Assembly: GCA_964608065.1 (NCBI GenBank)
Contig: CAZSMA010000001.1
Span: 16,572-66,759 of the forward strand
DNA from: an uncultured Methanosarcinales archaeon
GTDB lineage: Archaea; Nanobdellota; Nanobdellia; Woesearchaeales; CAYXTQ01
Reading direction: 5' to 3'
Length of the DNA: 50,188 nt
Part shown: positions 8,918 to 18,790 of the stretch, piece by piece
Layout of the letters: each line of letters begins with the position of its first letter
Numbering within the stretch: the stretch's first letter is position 1
Position numbers and translations under genes: made by a program
Notes under the pieces: model-generated
Seen by the model: only the letters and a program-made list of their open reading frames with translations
What the model was told of the DNA's origin: nothing
Databases searched by the model: none

Positions 8918-11275
8918 CTATCCCATTTTTTTTTTCTCTTCTATTGTTTCATTCTTCTCAATCTCTTCATTTACTGCTTCAACTTTAATGGATTTTGTAA
9001 TCTCATAATCAGTTTTCTGATTGTTTTTATTTATCTTAACTTTTAATTTATACTCTCCAGATTCTGCATCCAAAACAATATTTTTCAGCTCAACAACTTT
9101 TGATTTTCCAGCACCCAATACAAATTCCTCAATATTAGCTTCTTGATCACCAGTATAACTTTTACTGCCTCTGTAAACATAGCTCCAAACTTTAATATCA
9201 TAATCTTCATTGTCATTATTCTCTAACTTAACTTTAACTATAAATTCCTCTTTTACTTTAACATAAGATTCGTAATCAGTAACTTCATAATCAAATTTCT
9301 TTTTTGAGTTCTCAGAACTTGTTTCAGTAGAAGATGTTCCTGTAGAAGTTTTAGGACATAAAGAAGTTTTTACACCTGCTATCTCTATCATTCCTCTCTC
9401 TTCTAAACCAAACCCACTCAAAACAACATCATAGCTGCCGTCCTCTAAATTATTATCGCAGTTATTATCAATATTTACTGGCAATTGTCCATTATAATAA
9501 GAATATTTATCATACATATGTATTTTTGTAATATCACTTATCTTCTTGCCATCTTCCTCAACCCACAAACTTATTGAATATTTGCCTGTATCGCCTTTAT
9601 ACAACTTAACCTTGATATCAGCTACTTCTCCAAATTTAACATTGTCATCAACTTTAACTATTTCTAAGCTGGAATTCTCATTTTCAATTTCTTCTTCACC
9701 TTCTCCACTGTAATTAGACTTAACAATAAACATTTTAGAAGCAGAATTATCAGACAAGTCAGTATCATTGCAGTTTGGATAAACTATTGCCTTAACAAAT
9801 AATACCCTATCTTCCTCTTCAATATTTGTTTTCCATGATTTTTGATTAGTATTAGTTGTATTATACTGATTCTTATACACTTTACCAAAAAAATCCTCTA
9901 TCCAGTATTCAATAACAAATGGAAATTCTTTATTATTTAAGTTATTATAAAATTTAATTGATTCTCCTTCTATATATACATCTTTATCTACTATTATGCT
10001 TAAGGTTATATTGCATGGAATTTGGCTGGTGTCAACAACTGCAAATCCTTTGCAGTCTTTATCATTATCAGGATTGTTGTCTTCAACACTTGAATTAATT
10101 ATCCTTCCACATAATGTATATTGCCCAACCCCCTCAGGCAAAAATGATCCTGTCCCTGTTGTGGAATAGGAATTCACTTCATCCTTTACAAAAAAATCTT
10201 CCTTTACTAGAACGTTGTCTTTGGTTATATTGAAGTGAACTGTTATATTGTATGCCCTGCCTATCTCCGGATTTAAGTTTGTAATTTTAAAAAGCTTTGT
10301 TTGTTCTATACCAAGGTTAATTTCGTCATCAAGGTAAGTCTCTAATTGGATATCATGACCTGTTAGGGCTTCATTCCAAATACCAAGACCTCTTTCCTTA
10401 GCTTCACTTTCTGCATCAGCAAACTCATCTTTATATTTTGTATTTGGCTCATATGGGTAAACACTAGCATAACCTTCCTGTACTAAAACTAAATTAACAA
10501 ACCAATTATCAACATAAACATACCTTAATAATCTATCATAAATATCTCTGTATTCTATATCTCGTTCTAAAATAACAGATTTTCCTTCAACAATCTCTTT
10601 TAATCTATCCTTAGCTTCTTCATAATAATATTCCCCTACTTCTGGAGTATCAATACCTATTAATCTAACTCTCTCGCCAGTTTCTAATTCAAGAGTATCA
10701 CCATCAACAACATACTCAACAATACCTATTTCAGTGGGGGTATAGCTATTTTCAGTTCCAGGCGTACCCCTAACAATAGAACTTTCATACCAATTTCCAT
10801 TATAGAATTCTAAAGTTTTTCCATTACCATCTGCCCCCCACTCATTAGAATAAATTAAACTGTCTATAACTTCCCCATTATTGTCCTTTAAGATTATAGT
10901 ATCTCCTCCGCTATTCTTAAGAGTAAAATAACCATCTACTGCTTTGTAGTTTCCATCATTAGAACCCCAAATAAAATCTTTATTTCCCCAATATGCTTCA
11001 AAACTATTTCCACCATCTAAGTCTATTAATTCTTTTGCCACGATTATATATTCATCTGGTAAAATAACTACATCCTCAAAACTGTTATCATCAACTGTCC
11101 ATCCATTAAGTTCTACTAACAAAGCCCCATTATTATATAATTCAATCCATTCACAATTAGCATCAGGACATTGTACAGAATCATAAGGATTATACATAAT
11201 CTCATTAATAACAACATCAGCTAAAGCTATTTTAGAAACTATTAACAAAAATAAAATAATCAATAACTTTTTCAT
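8918..11275 (-). CDS. Secreted nuclease: signal peptide + lamin-tail domain + staphylococcal-nuclease (SNase) domain + Ig-like C-terminal region
   Basis: MKKLLIILFLLIVSKIALA signal peptide. LTD: VVINEIMYNP...CEWIELYNNG...LNGW. SNase: VVDGDTLELETGERVRLIGIDTPE...DRLLRYVYVD...EAKERGLGIW. GGGAGGAAGGGG SD precedes the ATG at 11275. Confidence 0.85.
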   Translation of the reverse strand: MKKLLIILFLLIVSKIALADVVINEIMYNPYDSVQCPDANCEWIELYNNGALLVELNGWTVDDNSFEDVVILPDEYIIVAKELIDLDGGNSFEAYWGNKDFIWGSNDGNYKAVDGYFTLKNSGGDTIILKDNNGEVIDSLIYSNEWGADGNGKTLEFYNGNWYESSIVRGTPGTENSYTPTEIGIVEYVVDGDTLELETGERVRLIGIDTPEVGEYYYEEAKDRLKEIVEGKSVILERDIEYRDIYDRLLRYVYVDNWFVNLVLVQEGYASVYPYEPNTKYKDEFADAESEAKERGLGIWNEALTGHDIQLETYLDDEINLGIEQTKLFKITNLNPEIGRAYNITVHFNITKDNVLVKEDFFVKDEVNSYSTTGTGSFLPEGVGQYTLCGRIINSSVEDNNPDNDKDCKGFAVVDTSQIPCNITLSIIVDKDVYIEGESIKFYNNLNNKEFPFVIEYWIEDFFGKVYKNQYNTTNTNQKSWKTNIEEEDRVLFVKAIVYPNCNDTDLSDNSASKMFIVKSNYSGEGEEEIENENSSLEIVKVDDNVKFGEVADIKVKLYKGDTGKYSISLWVEEDGKKISDITKIHMYDKYSYYNGQLPVNIDNNCDNNLEDGSYDVVLSGFGLEERGMIEIAGVKTSLCPKTSTGTSSTETSSENSKKKFDYEVTDYESYVKVKEEFIVKVKLENNDNEDYDIKVWSYVYRGSKSYTGDQEANIEEFVLGAGKSKVVELKNIVLDAESGEYKLKVKINKNNQKTDYEITKSIKVEAVNEEIEKNETIEEKKKMG

Positions 11276-11335
11276 CCCCTTCCTCCCTATCACCCCTTTT
11301 GTAGTAATAAATTATCTTTTATTTTATAAAATTTA

Positions 11336-12340
11336 TTATTCCCAAACACCAGCTATTTCCTCACCACACTTACATTTACCATCTTTAATGTTATTCTTCA
11401 ATATTGAAAATCCTGTTCTTTCTATAACTACTTCTTTACATTTAGGACAATAGGTATTTTCTGCTCCTTCTACATAAGTATTTCCAACATAAACAAAATT
11501 AATGCCAATTTTCAAAGCAATATCTCTTGCTTTAACTAAAATCTCAGAACTAGTAGGGGGAACATTCATCAACTTATAGGTTGGGTAAAAAGCAGTAAAA
11601 TGTAACGGCACATTTACACCAAGATTCTCTTTCACCCATTCACACATCTTCTTAATTTGCTTCAAATCATCATTTAATCCCGGAATTATTAAATTTGTTA
11701 TCTCAAACCAGGTCTTACTCTTGCTTAATCTCTTCAACGTATCAAGAACAGGCTCTAACATGGCTCCAGTAATCTCTTTATAGAATTCATCATCAAATGC
11801 CTTAAGGTCAACATTAGCTCCATCTATATATTTATACAATTTTTTAAAAGGCTCTTGATTAATAAAACCATTTGTAACCATTATATTCTTCAACCCTTTC
11901 TGCCAGGCAATCTTCGCAGTATCATGCACAAACTCATAAAAAATAGTTGGCTCATTATAAGTATATGAAATACTTTTACATTCGTGTTTTAAAGCTTCAG
12001 AAACAGCATTAGAAGGACTCAGTTCATAACCAGGAGCATCCTCAACTTCAACTTGTGAGGTAGTATAATTCTGGCAATGCTTGCATTTTAAATTACATCC
12101 TGTTGTTCCAATTGAAAAACTCTTATGTCCTGGCAAAAAATGAAACAAAGGCTTTTTCTCAATAGGATCTACCTGTACAGAGCATGGTCTGGAATAAACC
12201 AGAGCAATCAATTTTCCGTCTTTATTCTCCCTTACCCTACAAAAACCCCTTTTACCTTCTGGAATAATACACTCTCTTGGACAAAGCAGACATTGAACTT
12301 TCTTATCATCTAATTTCTTATAAAACAAAGCTTCTTTCAT
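11336..12340 (-). CDS. amrS: AmmeMemoRadiSam-system radical SAM enzyme (PflA-like activase fold)
   Basis: N-terminal CLLCPRECIIPEGKRGFCRVR. Radical-SAM CNLKCKHC (CxxxCxxC). C-terminal CPKC...CKC. Confidence 0.8.
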   Translation of the reverse strand: MKEALFYKKLDDKKVQCLLCPRECIIPEGKRGFCRVRENKDGKLIALVYSRPCSVQVDPIEKKPLFHFLPGHKSFSIGTTGCNLKCKHCQNYTTSQVEVEDAPGYELSPSNAVSEALKHECKSISYTYNEPTIFYEFVHDTAKIAWQKGLKNIMVTNGFINQEPFKKLYKYIDGANVDLKAFDDEFYKEITGAMLEPVLDTLKRLSKSKTWFEITNLIIPGLNDDLKQIKKMCEWVKENLGVNVPLHFTAFYPTYKLMNVPPTSSEILVKARDIALKIGINFVYVGNTYVEGAENTYCPKCKEVVIERTGFSILKNNIKDGKCKCGEEIAGVWE

Positions 12341-12357
12341 TGGTTAAAATTTAACCT

Positions 12358-12392
12358 CCAACGTAGTTGGTTCCGAAAACTAAAAGTTTTCG
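12358..12392 (+). repeat. Two-hairpin intergenic element, copy B
   Basis: CCAACGTAGTTGGTTC then CGAAAACT-aaa-AGTTTTCG. Preceded by the palindrome GGTTAAA-A-TTTAACC (12342-12356). Confidence 0.75.
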
Positions 12393-12407
12393 ATACCAAA
12401 TTTTTAC

Positions 12408-12430
12408 CTTGAAAATGCATTAGCATTTTC
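12408..12430 (-). repeat. GAAAAT/ATTTTC hairpin unit in opposite orientation
   Basis: The minus strand reads GAAAATGC-taat-GCATTTTC-AAG. It overlaps the stop (12429-12431) of the upstream gene. Confidence 0.55.
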
Positions 12431-13013
12431 ATTGTATCATTCTAAATTTAATATTCTCTGTATTGTAAGTATTAACTTCAATTTCTTTTCCTTTTAAGTC
12501 ATATTCTGTAAAATTAATAAAAGCAGTAGACGCAGCCAATGTATCTTTTGCATCATAGCCTGCTATTAATAACTGATATTTTCCATAATTATTATACAAT
12601 CTAATCTTTGCAAAATCTTGTTTAAAACCAGAAGCACATTCTGGCCATGTCGTTGGCTCATTCATTATCCTTGCTGCTATTGGATTAGCACAAGGCCCGC
12701 CTACAATAATAATATTTTTCTCATACAAGTTAGTTATATCTCCTGGTCTTTTCAAAGGTTTTTCATAAATAAAATTCAAAATTTTTGCTTCACTAAAATT
12801 TCTACCAAGATAATACTCACTAAGCTTTAAGCCATTTATAATATTCAGAGCAGCAGGCGCATCTATATTATTATCTCCAATAACTAATATTGTATCAATA
12901 GTTCTATTGTTAATAAAAAAATTAGGATATTCAGTTAAATCAAAAGCAAGAACTATTGGTATTAAGATAATGAATATTAAGATTATTTTTTTTAAATCTA
13001 TTTTCATATTCAA
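12429..13013 (-). CDS. Secreted/anchored hypothetical protein
   Basis: N-terminal TM/signal IILIFIILIPIVLA. IIIVGGPCANPIAARIM motif. No enzyme motif. Confidence 0.55.
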   Translation of the reverse strand: MNMKIDLKKIILIFIILIPIVLAFDLTEYPNFFINNRTIDTILVIGDNNIDAPAALNIINGLKLSEYYLGRNFSEAKILNFIYEKPLKRPGDITNLYEKNIIIVGGPCANPIAARIMNEPTTWPECASGFKQDFAKIRLYNNYGKYQLLIAGYDAKDTLAASTAFINFTEYDLKGKEIEVNTYNTENIKFRMIQ

Positions 13014-13040
13014 AGAATAAGCTAGTAACCTATAAAAATT

Positions 13041-13748
13041 TTACTCAAAAACTCTCACTAATTCTTTCGCGGCCTTATTAATATTCTTAGCCTGATACAA
13101 CCCTCTGCCAACTATTGCATGCCACTTATTACCAGCTGCTTTTGCAGATTCAGTCAAATCTCCTCCCTGAGCAACCAATCCAGGACTGTACAATACAGGC
13201 TCTACACCCAAAGACTCTATAAAATTTTTATACTCTTCAATCTTCTCAGGCTTATTTCCAGGAACAACAAAATCTTTAACACCTAATTTAACAGCTAACT
13301 CATAAATTCTTTTAGGAGCACTATCTGAAATAAATCCCTTATCTGATTCTAAATAACCTGGATGAGTCATCTCTCCTCCAACTATAACACCAAACTTCTC
13401 TGCTTGTGCTGCTTTTATCCATTCTTCTTCTGTAACAGGACCAGCTTGTGGAAATAAGATAACAGCATTAACACCCTTGCATGCATTCATAAACTTTATT
13501 CCAACATCAGGTATGTCAGTAGCTGCTTTCTGATGATCATAAATTATTGGTAAATCTGTCAATCCTCTTATCACATCAACAACTTTTTGAATTCCAAAAG
13601 GAATAACCAACTCAAAACCAATCTTATAGCCCCCAATACATTTAACAGAACAAGTCTCACTAACTAACTCTTTAAGCTTCTCTAATGTAGCTACATCACA
13701 TGCAGGAATAATGCTTTTATCTAATTTTATTATCTTCATGGTTTCCAC
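13041..13748 (-). CDS. pyrF: Orotidine 5'-phosphate decarboxylase
   Basis: IIPACD, YKIG, DHQKAATDIP, YSPGLVAQGGD and IVGRGLY match the layout of archaeal OMP decarboxylases. Overlaps pyrE by 13 nt. Confidence 0.8.
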   Translation of the reverse strand: METMKIIKLDKSIIPACDVATLEKLKELVSETCSVKCIGGYKIGFELVIPFGIQKVVDVIRGLTDLPIIYDHQKAATDIPDVGIKFMNACKGVNAVILFPQAGPVTEEEWIKAAQAEKFGVIVGGEMTHPGYLESDKGFISDSAPKRIYELAVKLGVKDFVVPGNKPEKIEEYKNFIESLGVEPVLYSPGLVAQGGDLTESAKAAGNKWHAIVGRGLYQAKNINKAAKELVRVFE

Positions 13749-14359
13749 TCATTAGGGTTTTTGTTCCACTCCAAAACCTTTTCTTTATCTTCTTCTTTAA
13801 TATAATTTTCTTTAGCAGCTTCATTAATCAAAGTTGAAAAATTAGTCAATGTAAACAAATTACAATTTGCTTCTTTAAAACCATTTAGACTTTTTTCCAT
13901 TTCATAAGTAAATATTGCAATACAATCCTCAACCACTCCATCTTGATCCCTTACTCCTTGTATTGCCCTCAAACTAGAACCTCCTGAACTAATTAAATCT
14001 TCAATAATCAAGACTTTCTGTCCTTTCTCTAATTTTCCCTCAACTAAATTTTCCTTTCCATGATCTTTTGATTTATTTCTGATATAAATCATGGGCTTCC
14101 TTAATTTTTCAGCAATCCAACTAGCCCAACATATCCCTGAAGTTGCTATTCCTCCAATAACATCAAACTTTAATTTATTCTGTTTTATTGTTTTAACAAA
14201 AAACTTTACAATTTTCTCTCTTTCTTTTGTATAACTCATCAAAATTCTATTATCACAATATATAGGACTTAATATTCCAGAAGCAAAAGTATACAGCTTA
14301 CCAGGACTTAAAGTAACTGCTTTAACATTCAATAATATTCTTGCAACTTCTTCCTTCAT
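13736..14359 (-). CDS. pyrE: Orotate phosphoribosyltransferase
   Basis: PRPP-binding loop VLIIEDLISSGGSS. Sits within the pyr operon. Confidence 0.9.
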   Translation of the reverse strand: MKEEVARILLNVKAVTLSPGKLYTFASGILSPIYCDNRILMSYTKEREKIVKFFVKTIKQNKLKFDVIGGIATSGICWASWIAEKLRKPMIYIRNKSKDHGKENLVEGKLEKGQKVLIIEDLISSGGSSLRAIQGVRDQDGVVEDCIAIFTYEMEKSLNGFKEANCNLFTLTNFSTLINEAAKENYIKEEDKEKVLEWNKNPNEWKP

Positions 14360-15660
14360 TCTACCACCTTATCTTCATTAGTATCTTCATTAATATTTAT
14401 ATCTTTTCCTTCTTCTTCTACATTTTCCTCTTTAACTTCTTCTTTGACTTCAACTTTCTTTTTCTTAAAAGGATTTTCTTTCTCAATCTGAATTTCCTTA
14501 GCTTTAATATCATTTATCTTACCATTCTCAAAAATAATCTTTCCATTGACAATAGTCATAACAGGCCATCCTTTCAGTTTCCATCCATTAAAAGGGCTCC
14601 AGCCACATTTTGTAAACAATTCCTCATCTTTAACCTCTTTCTCAAGATTCATATCAACAATAACCACATCAGCATCATAACCTTCTTCCAGATGACCTTT
14701 ATTCTTAATCTTAAATATCTTAGCAGGATTATGACAGCAAAGCTCAACTAATTTCTGCAAACTTAACTTCTCTTTATTCACAGCATCTAGCATTAAAGGC
14801 AACAAAGTCTCAACACCAGGCACACCATAAACCTCTTCTTTCTTATCCTCTTTTGTATGTGGAGCATGGTCACTTCCTATTGTATTAACTTTTCCAGACT
14901 TTATAGCATCCCAAAGCGCTTGCTGATCTTCTTTACTTTTAAGGCAAGGTTTCATCTTAAAGAAATTGTTCTTCTCATCCTCTTTTGTCAGAAACAAATG
15001 ATGTGGAGTAACTTCAACAAAAGCCTTATGCTTAACCTTGCTTTTAATCATCTTCAGTTCTTCAGCAGCAGAAATATGGCATAAATATAATTTATTCTTT
15101 GTATTAGAAATAAGCTCTAAAGCTTTAGCAATATTCTCACCTTCTGCATGAACTGAAACAACCATATAGCTGGAAAAAGCATTCTGCAAAACACTTGTAT
15201 CTTCCATTAATAATTCTCCTGTTGTTATATCCATAAAAACCTTTACAGAAGCAATATTCTTCACTTTCTTTATTTCATCTAATTTACCATCTGAAGCTCC
15301 AAAATGAAAACCATAATTTACAACTGATTTCTTAGCTAACTCTCTTTTCTGCTCCAACAACTCAGCTGTTACTGTTGGAGGATTTGTATTAGGCATATCT
15401 AAAACAGTTGTTACACCACCTGCTGCTGCTGCTTTTGAACCACTAAAAAAATCTTCTTTTTGAGTCAATCCAGGCTCTCTAAAATGAACATGAGGGTCTA
15501 TCACACCAGGTAAAATAATTTTCCCAGAAGCATCAATAACCTTATCAACAGTAACTATCTCACTAGTTATTTCATTAATTATATTGTCTGTTATCAAAAT
15601 ATTTTTCTCTACTAATTCTCCTTCTTGCAAAATTTTTCCGTTTTTGATTAACAATGACAT
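14356..15660 (-). CDS. pyrC: Dihydroorotase with K/E-rich C-terminal tail
   Basis: VIDPHVHFREPG, amidohydrolase His/Asp pattern (SDHAPH). About 45-aa low-complexity tail. Confidence 0.9.
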   Translation of the reverse strand: MSLLIKNGKILQEGELVEKNILITDNIINEITSEIVTVDKVIDASGKIILPGVIDPHVHFREPGLTQKEDFFSGSKAAAAGGVTTVLDMPNTNPPTVTAELLEQKRELAKKSVVNYGFHFGASDGKLDEIKKVKNIASVKVFMDITTGELLMEDTSVLQNAFSSYMVVSVHAEGENIAKALELISNTKNKLYLCHISAAEELKMIKSKVKHKAFVEVTPHHLFLTKEDEKNNFFKMKPCLKSKEDQQALWDAIKSGKVNTIGSDHAPHTKEDKKEEVYGVPGVETLLPLMLDAVNKEKLSLQKLVELCCHNPAKIFKIKNKGHLEEGYDADVVIVDMNLEKEVKDEELFTKCGWSPFNGWKLKGWPVMTIVNGKIIFENGKINDIKAKEIQIEKENPFKKKKVEVKEEVKEENVEEEGKDININEDTNEDKVVE

Positions 15661-15661
15661 C

Positions 15662-16426
15662 TTATTTATAGTACTCCTTCAAACTAACCTTCTCACCTGT
15701 CTTCAACAAAGCGCTTTTCCCAAAATCTTTCATCTTCCTCAACTGTTTTGAATTAAATACTGGACCATCTTTGCAAACTAGTCTATCACCACAAGCACAA
15801 CTTCCGCAAACTCCCAAACCGCAGAACATATACCTCTCCAACGAAACTTCACAATAAATATTATGCTTCTCGCAAATATCAAAAACAGCTTTCATCATCA
15901 TCTCAGGACCAACAGCATAGACAGCATCAAACTTTCTTTCTTTCAACAACTTCTCCAGCATCTGTGTTGTAAACCCTCCAAAACCTTTGCTGCAGTCATC
16001 AGTACAGATATGAGGATTATACTTCTTTAACTTATTCTCAAACAACAACAGATTGCAAGTCCTTGCTCCTTGTATAACAACCGCATTTTCTAACTTCTCA
16101 ATCAATCCTAGTAAAGGTACTATCCCTAATCCTCCAGCTATAACACAAGCATTCTTCTTAACAGAAAAACCATTTCCATAAGGCCCTCTAATTCCAATTT
16201 TATCTCCTACTTTCAACTTAAACATAGCTATAGTAAACTTTCCTTTTTTCTCTATTGTAAATCCATTAGAATAAGAAAGTGCAAAAGGCTTTTCGTCAAC
16301 TCCAGGAAACCACACCATAAAAAACTGTCCTGGATTACATTTAATTTTTTTATCTATAAAAAATGTCTTAACACTATTATTCTCACTTACAATTAGTTTT
16401 ATATTTACAATCTCTGGAATTTCCAT
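15662..16426 (-). CDS. pyrK: Dihydroorotate dehydrogenase electron-transfer subunit
   Basis: FAD/NAD-binding fold and C-terminal 2Fe-2S motif CGLGVCGSCAC. Confidence 0.9.
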   Translation of the reverse strand: MEIPEIVNIKLIVSENNSVKTFFIDKKIKCNPGQFFMVWFPGVDEKPFALSYSNGFTIEKKGKFTIAMFKLKVGDKIGIRGPYGNGFSVKKNACVIAGGLGIVPLLGLIEKLENAVVIQGARTCNLLLFENKLKKYNPHICTDDCSKGFGGFTTQMLEKLLKERKFDAVYAVGPEMMMKAVFDICEKHNIYCEVSLERYMFCGLGVCGSCACGDRLVCKDGPVFNSKQLRKMKDFGKSALLKTGEKVSLKEYYK

Positions 16427-17325
16427 TATCCATGTGCCCTACCAATTATTTCTTTAACTGATTTATAACCATTCTTTTTCATCAAAGATTCCATCTCTTT
16501 GACAATCTTACCAAAAACCTCAACACCATCATAATAAACAGCACTTCCAACACCAATAGCACTAGCACCTGCCATCATCATCTCCAAAGCATCCCTTCCA
16601 TTATTTATTCCACCCATTCCCAAGATAGGAATCTTAACTTCTTTGTAAATATCATAAACACATCTCAAAGCTATAGGCTTAATCAAAGGTCCGCTAAGGC
16701 CCCCTTTCACATAACTCAAAACAGGTTTTCCAGCTTCAACATTAATTGCCATTCCTGAAACAGTATTTATTGCACTGATTGCATCTGCTCCAGCTTTCTC
16801 ACATTCTTTTGCAATAGAAACAATATCTGTAACATTTGGAGTTAACTTAGGCATTATTGGAACTTTACTTACTTTCTTAACAGATGAAACTAATTTTCTT
16901 GTTAACTCTTTATCACAGCCAAAAACCATTCCATCATCTTTATTTGGACAGCTGATATTCAGCTCAATCATGTCTGGCTTATACTTGACAATCTCTTTTG
17001 TAATATCAACATAATCTGCAATAGAGCTTCCGTATATGCTCCATATTACTGGAAATTTTAATTTCTGCAGCTCCAGAAACTTCTTATTCATATTTTTATA
17101 TCCTGCACTTGGAAGTCCTATGCAATTTATCATGCTGTCCTTTAAGACAAGCAGCTTAGGATTCGGATGTCCTTCTCTTAACTTAGGACCAATTGATTTT
17201 ACAGTTACAGCTCCTGCTCCATTATCATAAACTCTCTGTAACAAAGCAGCAGTTGTTCCGAGAATTCCAGAAGCAAGCACTGTAGGATTTTTTAATTTCA
17301 AACCGCAAAACTTTGTTTCCATCAT
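16426..17325 (-). CDS. pyrD: Dihydroorotate dehydrogenase, class 1B catalytic subunit
   Basis: NPTVLASG, ELNISCPN, GGLSGP and GGI..G.DA motifs. Confidence 0.92.
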   Translation of the reverse strand: MMETKFCGLKLKNPTVLASGILGTTAALLQRVYDNGAGAVTVKSIGPKLREGHPNPKLLVLKDSMINCIGLPSAGYKNMNKKFLELQKLKFPVIWSIYGSSIADYVDITKEIVKYKPDMIELNISCPNKDDGMVFGCDKELTRKLVSSVKKVSKVPIMPKLTPNVTDIVSIAKECEKAGADAISAINTVSGMAINVEAGKPVLSYVKGGLSGPLIKPIALRCVYDIYKEVKIPILGMGGINNGRDALEMMMAGASAIGVGSAVYYDGVEVFGKIVKEMESLMKKNGYKSVKEIIGRAHG

Positions 17326-17774
17326 TTTAATTCTATATCTTCACTTGCCATGCTTCTTTCGCAATGATTACATCTTATTTTCAAAGGATCTTTATTTACA
17401 ATAAAAAACTTAGTTGTCACATCTTCCTGATTAGTTATACACTTTGGATTAGAACATTTCACAATCTTATTTACAACATCAGGAGCAACTAACTTTATCT
17501 TTTCCTTTACTTCATAATTTTTTATTATATTTAATGTTGCTGCTGGAGCTATTACTGCAATCTTATTTACTTCTTCCTTGCTCAAAAACTTGCCTCCAAC
17601 TTTTATAATACCTTTTGTTCCAAGGTCTTTACTCAACAGATTCATTGCAACAGAAACAACATTACCATGCTCTTTCAATCCAAGTATCTCTGCTATCTTG
17701 AAAGTATTCTTGCTTGGAATATGATCTATTACAGTTCCTTCTCTTATTGCGCTTATCTTAAGTGTTTTTTCCAT
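17322..17774 (-). CDS. pyrI: Aspartate carbamoyltransferase regulatory chain
   Basis: ISAIREGTVIDHI. Zn domain CSNPKC...CNHCE. Confidence 0.92.
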   Translation of the reverse strand: MEKTLKISAIREGTVIDHIPSKNTFKIAEILGLKEHGNVVSVAMNLLSKDLGTKGIIKVGGKFLSKEEVNKIAVIAPAATLNIIKNYEVKEKIKLVAPDVVNKIVKCSNPKCITNQEDVTTKFFIVNKDPLKIRCNHCERSMASEDIELK

Positions 17775-17822
17775 CTGTTAAAACCCCCAGTTTTAATATT
17801 GAAAATATGAAATGTTTTCATA

Positions 17823-18749
<927 letters not shown>

Positions 18750-18790
18750 CTATGATTATTATGTTTTATTTTGTTTTTAAATTTATCTAT

